NCBI GenBank assembly: GCA_965223265.1
Contig: OZ244999.1
Location: 5,376,001 to 5,440,000 of the forward strand
DNA length: 64,000 nucleotides
Source: Planctomycetota bacterium
GTDB taxonomy: Bacteria; Planctomycetota; UBA8108; SXIK01
Direction: 5' to 3'
In this document: piece by piece, positions 58,123 through 64,000 of the stretch
Position numbering within the stretch: position 1 is the stretch's first letter
Layout of the letters: each line of letters starts with the position of its first letter
Notes under the pieces: generated by a model
Seen by the model: only the letters and a program-made list of their open reading frames with translations
Told to the model about the DNA's origin: nothing
The model's database searches: none
Made by a program: the position numbers and the translations under genes

Positions 58123-60216
58123 TCAGCGCTTTTTCTTGGAGCGCATCTTGCCCCATCGGCGCTGCGGCCCAGAGCCACCGCGCCGTTCGTCCCGGGTTCG
58201 GGCCTTCGATCTGGCCCCGCCTTGCTGCGGCGTCTCCGCAGACGCGGCACTCTGGGCGGCGTCGATCAAATCACGCAGCTCAGCCGCACGCTCGAAATCA
58301 AGCTTTTCGGCCGCAGCTAACATTTCTGCTTCGAGCTCACGCAAACGTTCATTCTGTTCGTAGTCACCCGCCGGCGACCGAACCGCACCTCGCGCGACGC
58401 GATATCCTTTGATCTCGTCCTCGATGCTGGGAAGGATCTCCTTCTGCACTGTTCGCGGCACGATGCCGTTGGCTTCGTTGAATTCCGACTGCAGAGCCCG
58501 CCGCCGTTCAGTCTCTTTGATCGCCCGCTCCATCGAACCCGTGACCTGGTCGCCATACAAGATCACGTAAGCCCGTTCGTTGCGCGCAGCCCTGCCGATC
58601 GTTTGAATCAAAGAGGTCTCCGAACGCAAAAATCCCTCCTTGTCAGCGTCAAGGACGGCGACAAGGGCAACCTCTGGAAGATCAAGGCCTTCACGTAACA
58701 AGTTGACGCCAACGACCACGTCATACTTGCCGCGTCTCAAGTCCTGAAGGATCTCGACTCGCTCAATCGTGTGGACTTCAGAGTGAAGGTATTGCGATCG
58801 AATGCCCCTCTCCTGGAGGTGCTCGTGTAGGTCTTCCGCCATCCGTTTCGTGAGCGTCGTCACCAAAGTTCGGTCGCCGCGCTCAATCGTGGCGCGGATC
58901 TCCGCAACGAGATCAGGTACTTGTCCCGTCGCGGAGCGCACCTCGACACGTGGATCGACAAGTCCGGTCGGACGATTAATCAGTTCGACGACTTCGCCTC
59001 GTGATTTACGCAGTTCATAATCGGCGGGAGTCGCACTAACGAACAGCGCCTTCTTCACCATCGCCTCCCACTCCTCAAAGCGCAGCGGACGGTTGTCAAG
59101 GGCTGACGGCAAGCGAAATCCATGATTGACGAGGGTCTGTTTGCGCGACCGGTCGCCGTTGTACATCGCAGAGATCTGCGGCACGGTTACATGAGACTCG
59201 TCGATGACGACGAGAAACTCATCGGGGAAATAGTCGAGCAAATTGTACGTGCGTTCCCCTGGTTGCCTGCCGGTGAAGTGGCGTGAGTAGTTTTCGATTC
59301 CGGGGCAGTATCCAACCTCGAGCATGAGCTCACAGTCATATCGAGTTCGCGAGTTGAGTCGCTGCGCTTCAACAAGCTTCCCCTGACTCTCGAGCACGTC
59401 GAGTTGCTCGCGGAGCTCAGCGCGAATACTCCGCACTGCCGTTTCGACCTTGTCGCGATTGAGCACAAAGTGCTTCGCTGGGTAGATCGTCAATTGATCG
59501 AACTCGCCTTTGCCGACCCCGGAGAGTGGGTCGATCTCGTGAATTGACTCAATCTCGTCACCGAACATCTCGATGCGGTATGCGGTTTCCTCGTAGGCGG
59601 GAAAAATCTCGACGACGTCGCCGCGGACACGAAACGTGCCGCGAAGCAGTTCCAAATCGCGTCGTTCGTACTGAATGTCGACGAGCTTGCGCAGCAGGTC
59701 GTCACGATCGACCTCTGCGCCGCGCTCGACTTGCACCAGCATGCCTTGGTAGTCGTTGGGATCCCCAAGACCGTAGATGCAGGAGACGCTCGCAACGATG
59801 ATCACGTCCGACCGTGATAGAAGTGCGCTGGTGGCAGCCAGGCGTAGCCGATCGATGTCGTTGTTGATCGACGCATCCTTCTCGATGTAAATGTCGCGCT
59901 GCGGGATATAGGCCTCGGGCTGATAGTAGTCGTAGTAGCTCACGAAATACTCGACTGCGTTCTGCGGACAGAACTCTCGCAACTCCGAGAAGAGCTGTGC
60001 GGCGAGCGTCTTGTTGTGGGAGAGAATGAGCGCCGGCACGTTCAGCTGGCTGAGCACATGAGCGACCGTGAAGGTCTTACCCGATCCTGTCACCCCCAAG
60101 AGCGTTTGGAAGTCTCGGCCGCCGCGAAATCCAGCGACGAGTTCAGAAATCGCGTGCGGTTGATCACCGCGCGGCTCGAACGAGCTCACCACCTCGATCT
60201 GGATATCATGGCTCAT
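58123..60216 (-). CDS. uvrB: Excinuclease ABC subunit B
   Basis: [35 protein letters not shown]-terminal UVR domain. Confidence 0.98.
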   Translation of the reverse strand: MSHDIQIEVVSSFEPRGDQPHAISELVAGFRGGRDFQTLLGVTGSGKTFTVAHVLSQLNVPALILSHNKTLAAQLFSELREFCPQNAVEYFVSYYDYYQPEAYIPQRDIYIEKDASINNDIDRLRLAATSALLSRSDVIIVASVSCIYGLGDPNDYQGMLVQVERGAEVDRDDLLRKLVDIQYERRDLELLRGTFRVRGDVVEIFPAYEETAYRIEMFGDEIESIHEIDPLSGVGKGEFDQLTIYPAKHFVLNRDKVETAVRSIRAELREQLDVLESQGKLVEAQRLNSRTRYDCELMLEVGYCPGIENYSRHFTGRQPGERTYNLLDYFPDEFLVVIDESHVTVPQISAMYNGDRSRKQTLVNHGFRLPSALDNRPLRFEEWEAMVKKALFVSATPADYELRKSRGEVVELINRPTGLVDPRVEVRSATGQVPDLVAEIRATIERGDRTLVTTLTKRMAEDLHEHLQERGIRSQYLHSEVHTIERVEILQDLRRGKYDVVVGVNLLREGLDLPEVALVAVLDADKEGFLRSETSLIQTIGRAARNERAYVILYGDQVTGSMERAIKETERRRALQSEFNEANGIVPRTVQKEILPSIEDEIKGYRVARGAVRSPAGDYEQNERLRELEAEMLAAAEKLDFERAAELRDLIDAAQSAASAETPQQGGARSKARTRDERRGGSGPQRRWGKMRSKKKR

Positions 60217-60389
60217 TGGATCAACTCGAAACGAAGTAGCATGGCGAACGTCTGCGGTGTCCCATCGGGGTCGTTGGTGTGTCGTGACGAACTTTGGTGT
60301 TTTCGCGAAACCTGGGCCGGGTGTTGGCACCCGTGAGCTCGCTGTCGTGGACTTGCCCGTAGGAATCTCCGCGCCAGGAACTCGCTGGC

Positions 60390-60785
60390 TCAACGGGCCG
60401 ACAGATCACGCCTGGCGCGCACGATTGTGAGGTGAGGCCTGGCTCGCTCGACCCAACCCGCCGGCAACCCAGGGACGCGCCCCAGGTCATCGATGGTGCT
60501 AAAGGGGCCATGCTGAGCTCGAAAGGTCACGATCCTTCGTGCCCGAGCCTCTCCGATGCCGCGCAAGAGCGCCCATTCATACCACGGTGCGGAGTTGATT
60601 TCGACCACGAGGGATTCCAACGGTACTTCGGTGACTCGAAGCCGACGCGTCGGAGCGACGCGGATCCAGGCTGGCAGAAGCAAAATCGTCGCGCACACAC
60701 CCAGCAGAAACAGATCAGCGAGAAGCTGACGCCGCACCGACGACGCTACTCCCGACTCTTTCTGCTGCGATCGATAGCGGCGCAT
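60390..60785 (-). CDS. ComEA-like helix-hairpin-helix DNA-binding protein
   Basis: TM then [29 protein letters not shown]. Confidence 0.85.
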   Translation of the reverse strand: MRRYRSQQKESGVASSVRRQLLADLFLLGVCATILLLPAWIRVAPTRRLRVTEVPLESLVVEINSAPWYEWALLRGIGEARARRIVTFRAQHGPFSTIDDLGRVPGLPAGWVERARPHLTIVRARRDLSAR

Positions 60786-60920
60786 CGCACGCCCCAGTTT
60801 CTCCCCGCCGAACCAGGAGTTATCACCACTGTTTGTAGCCGTCGGGATCTTGCTTCGCGATCTCTCGGTCGACACCACAACACCTGTACGGGAACTCGGC
60901 ACTCCCGCCCCCGGAGCCTC

Positions 60921-61715
60921 TCACTTTCGTAGGCGACCGTGGGCGTCATACATGGCATCGTAGAGCGGTTGGGGCTGCTTCTCAACTCGGTCGCCGGCAG
61001 GGAGGGACGACGCCGGATCGGTCGGACGAGAGGCTTGGCCGGTGGCGTGGCCGTCAGCTGCCACATCGGGGCGCGCCGAGGCGCCCCACAGCCGAACACG
61101 CAGCTGCTTGTAAAACCCGCGCAGCTGCGTCCGGGCTTGCGACTCGACCCAGCGCGACACTTTCTCCGGCTCCTTCTCCCCACCCCCTAGAACCTGAACT
61201 TCAAGAGTCACGTCGCGCTGGTTCCAAAGAACAGAGCGGAAACTCATCTTCGGCTGTCGGTCGATTACCGTCTGCAGCTTCTCGATGCGCTGCTCACGCC
61301 GCACTGCCAATCGCAGAGGGTAGAGTTCGACCTCGGCTTGCCGCAGCGGACGAGACGCGGACGAGCCGCACCCCCACTGCGGCTTCGGAACGTACTTGAT
61401 CTTCAGCTTCGTACCGTTCGCGTCGTGGTAGTTGCGTACAAAGTAGTCGGCGACGTCACGATCGACTTCCGCCAACTCGGCTATTTCTGCATCCTGGCAC
61501 TGCAGAACAATCTCATATTCGCGGCGGTCAGCCAGGCGGCGCACGGAGGCTTCCGACACGCCATGGGCCGCGAAAGTCTCAGCCACTGCCGTCTTGAACT
61601 CGACCAAGCGCTGAAGGTTGGGATTCGACTCAACCGCGACTTTGGCCATGATCCCGAACGCACAGACGGAGAGCACTCCGATAATCACGATCAACAACCA
61701 GGAGCGCGAGTTCAT
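60921..61715 (-). CDS. Hypothetical membrane-anchored protein
   Basis: N-terminal TM helix, long ORF within same-strand gene run. Confidence 0.7.
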   Translation of the reverse strand: MNSRSWLLIVIIGVLSVCAFGIMAKVAVESNPNLQRLVEFKTAVAETFAAHGVSEASVRRLADRREYEIVLQCQDAEIAELAEVDRDVADYFVRNYHDANGTKLKIKYVPKPQWGCGSSASRPLRQAEVELYPLRLAVRREQRIEKLQTVIDRQPKMSFRSVLWNQRDVTLEVQVLGGGEKEPEKVSRWVESQARTQLRGFYKQLRVRLWGASARPDVAADGHATGQASRPTDPASSLPAGDRVEKQPQPLYDAMYDAHGRLRK

Positions 61716-61763
61716 CGGCCTCTTCAACCTCAAATCTCAGCACTCTGTCGATCTCGAGTCTGC

Positions 61764-62282
61764 TCAGGGAGAAATCACAAAGCGCTGCAGTTTATCGAAG
61801 TCAACGATACGATCCCCAACGCCGACTTGATTGCGTTCAAACCATCCTTGGTTCACCTCCAGGGCGTACCGCAGCATCTGTGTCGACCGTGTCGTCCGTA
61901 ATTCATTAGGCTCCATGTCCTCGACCTGCTGGATAACACCTTCATCCGAGATAAACGCTATCGAAAGCGGGATGGTCGTGTTCTTCATCCAGAATGACAT
62001 GACGCGTCGACTTGGGTAGATGAACACCATCCCGTGATTCTCAGGTAGATGCGAACGGCGCATGAGTCCAAGCGCACGCGACCCTTCGTCACAGGCTACC
62101 TCGACGATGAGCCTTTTGTCCTTGACGTTGAGCTCGACGACATCGTGCGGTCGACCGGGTGGCAAGGGGCGTTCGCCGCAGCCGATCGACAGGAGCGCGA
62201 CCAGCGTGCCGCAGACCCAGCTGCATGGTTTTCTGCCCCGTATCCTTTCGATGGTTGAGCTGCTCGGAACGAACGAGTTCAT
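61764..62282 (-). CDS. DUF192 family lipoprotein
   Basis: SIGC lipobox, GLMRR, GMVF, FWMKNT.IPLSIAF, YALEVNQG. Confidence 0.9.
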   Translation of the reverse strand: MNSFVPSSSTIERIRGRKPCSWVCGTLVALLSIGCGERPLPPGRPHDVVELNVKDKRLIVEVACDEGSRALGLMRRSHLPENHGMVFIYPSRRVMSFWMKNTTIPLSIAFISDEGVIQQVEDMEPNELRTTRSTQMLRYALEVNQGWFERNQVGVGDRIVDFDKLQRFVISP

Positions 62283-62321
62283 CGTGATCGACACAGTCCT
62301 CCTTGCTGGGCCTCCGGTGAA

Positions 62322-62501
62322 CAGCCCGCCTGAAAAAGTCATTCGGCCGAGAAAACTGGCCTCTTCACGCCCAGACGGGCCGCGTCAATACTCGCCATCA
62401 GAATCGAAAGAAGAGGGCCCGAAGATTGCCTGCGTTTGCCGCGGCCGACCTGGACGCGAAGAGACCAGTTTACGGCTCGAAGCACTTTTTCAGGCAGGCT
62501 G
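62322..62501. mobile_element. MITE family A copy (180 bp)
   Basis: cagcccgcctgaaaaa...tttttcaggcaggctg; abuts family B copy via TTA. Confidence 0.9.
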
Positions 62502-62504
62502 TTA

Positions 62505-62763
62505 CCTCGAGTTTGGCCATTTCGCGCCGAGTCTGCCAGCGCCAGGAGCGCCGAGGCCAAGGAGCGACTCGGGCGCGATCCCGCTCGGGTCGTGGCGGAG
62601 GATGGGCGCAGGCATCGGCGCTCCTGGCGTTCCCAGAAGGGCCGGACAGGAGTTTTTGAACGGGCACAAGGGTTCTCAGGGTACAAAAAAGTTGAAAGGG
62701 CCTTTGAATCCCCGCGAAACTCGTCCGCCAGGCCGACGCGAAATGGCTTCCTTGAACTCGAGG
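62505..62763. mobile_element. MITE family B full copy, inverted relative to 40429
   Basis: cctcgagtttggccatttcgcg...aactcgagg; TTA flanks, the right one being the nadC stop codon. Confidence 0.9.
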
Positions 62764-63681
62764 TTACGCCCTCTCCGGCGCTGCAAACGACAGGTCAAGC
62801 CCGATATCCAATGACGGCGCCGAGTGCGTCAGCGCGCCGACGCTGATGCGATCGATGCCAGTAGCGGCAATACCCGCAAGCTGCTCAAAGCTCACGCCGC
62901 CCGAGGCTTCGAGAAGCGGAGCTCGACGCCCCGCCGCGTCGCGCGCAGCGACAGCTCGGCGAAGATCCGCGAGCGAGAAATTATCGAGCAGAATCGCATC
63001 GACGGCAAGGCCGAGCAGTGCGCAGGCATCTTCCACGGTATCGACTTCAACCTCGAGAAAACCGTCGCCGATCGCTTGGCGCAGTTGAGGCACCCAGGAG
63101 TCGAAACTCGTCAATCCTCGACGCCGAAGGACACCAAGGTGGTTGTCCTTGATCAACACACCGTCGGAAAGGTTGAGCCGGTGGTTCTGTCCGCCGCCGC
63201 AGCGCACGGCGTACTTCTCCAGGTAGCGCCAGCCGGGCGTCGTCTTGCGGGTATCGAGAAGCCGTGCCTTTGAACCCTCCAGCTGCTCCGCCCAGCGTCT
63301 GGTCATCGTCGCGATTCCGGAAAGACGCTGCACGAAGTTGAGCATTGTCCGCTCAAGGCGGAAGATCGTCGCCGCAGGTCCCCGCAGCACCGCGAGCGAC
63401 CGGGTCGGATCAATCGCGTCGCCGTCGGTGGCGCCCAGCTCCACGCGGACGTCCGGAGCGCGTGCGGCGAAAAGCAGCTGCACCAGAGGCAGGCCGCAGA
63501 CGACACCGGCAGAACGAGTGGCCACAACCGCCTCGACGAGCTCACTTGCCGTCGAGGCGAGCGGCGGTCGAAAGAGTGGGTCCGTGGTGGCGTCGCCGGC
63601 CGGTAAATCTTCAGCAAGCGCGAGGGCGATGAGCTCCTCAGCCTGGCGGCGCTCGAGCGCGCCAAATTCGATCTCAGTCAT
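62764..63681 (-). CDS. nadC: Quinolinate phosphoribosyltransferase
   Basis: DTRKTTPG, NHRLNLSDGVLIKDNH, EVEV, LLDN, EASGG. Confidence 0.97.
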   Translation of the reverse strand: MTEIEFGALERRQAEELIALALAEDLPAGDATTDPLFRPPLASTASELVEAVVATRSAGVVCGLPLVQLLFAARAPDVRVELGATDGDAIDPTRSLAVLRGPAATIFRLERTMLNFVQRLSGIATMTRRWAEQLEGSKARLLDTRKTTPGWRYLEKYAVRCGGGQNHRLNLSDGVLIKDNHLGVLRRRGLTSFDSWVPQLRQAIGDGFLEVEVDTVEDACALLGLAVDAILLDNFSLADLRRAVAARDAAGRRAPLLEASGGVSFEQLAGIAATGIDRISVGALTHSAPSLDIGLDLSFAAPERA

Positions 63682-64000
63682 GTTCGCTTCCCCCGTCGCC
63701 GGCCACTCGAGCCCCCTTCAACGCTCCGGACCCGGCGCCCGTCGCTGCCGCGCAACAATCCGATAACGTTTTTCAGTAAATAGGCTTACGTACGGAGCCA
63801 GAAGAATACGTGGAATCTTAGCGCAAGCTCAGCTGAGATTTCACTTGCGATTTGAATCGGCGGAATGCATTTCTTCGTGGTCAGCGCGAGCCAGCCGGTA
63901 CCCAGGTCCCGGCAGACAGCAGTACACGCTGCAGTCCAGCCGACTGCAGTACAATTGGAGTTGAGGCCCCTCGACGGGTCGCCGCTCGACTGGTTCAGGA

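Overview
GC-rich bacterial chromosome segment. Gene content (many TPR/FHA/Ser-Thr kinase/vWA/PEGA proteins, short lipoproteins, GspK/PilX-like giant protein) suggests Planctomycetota, which is an inference. Most of the window is housekeeping: glgP, purD, recA, thiL, miaA, tsaE, rsfS, gatCAB, uvrB, nadC, a two-component pair and two ordinary tRNAs. The most notable region is a minus-strand tRNA array at about 12.1-13.65 kb with 9 intact-looking and about 6 decayed tRNA genes. It includes short-variable-arm tRNA-Leu genes and a tRNA-Ser(UGA) that can fold 8/4 with a Sec-like D-arm. Upstream are a palindromic operator over a promoter, a 52-codon leader ORF whose stop sits inside a hairpin, and a boxA-like motif, together suggesting a regulated stress-rescue tRNA operon. 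Intergenic spaces carry two non-autonomous MITE-like families with terminal inverted repeats and target duplications, chimeras of the two, and a nested insertion into a REP-like hairpin. No transposase, CRISPR array or rRNA was seen. All calls were made by eye; no searches were run.
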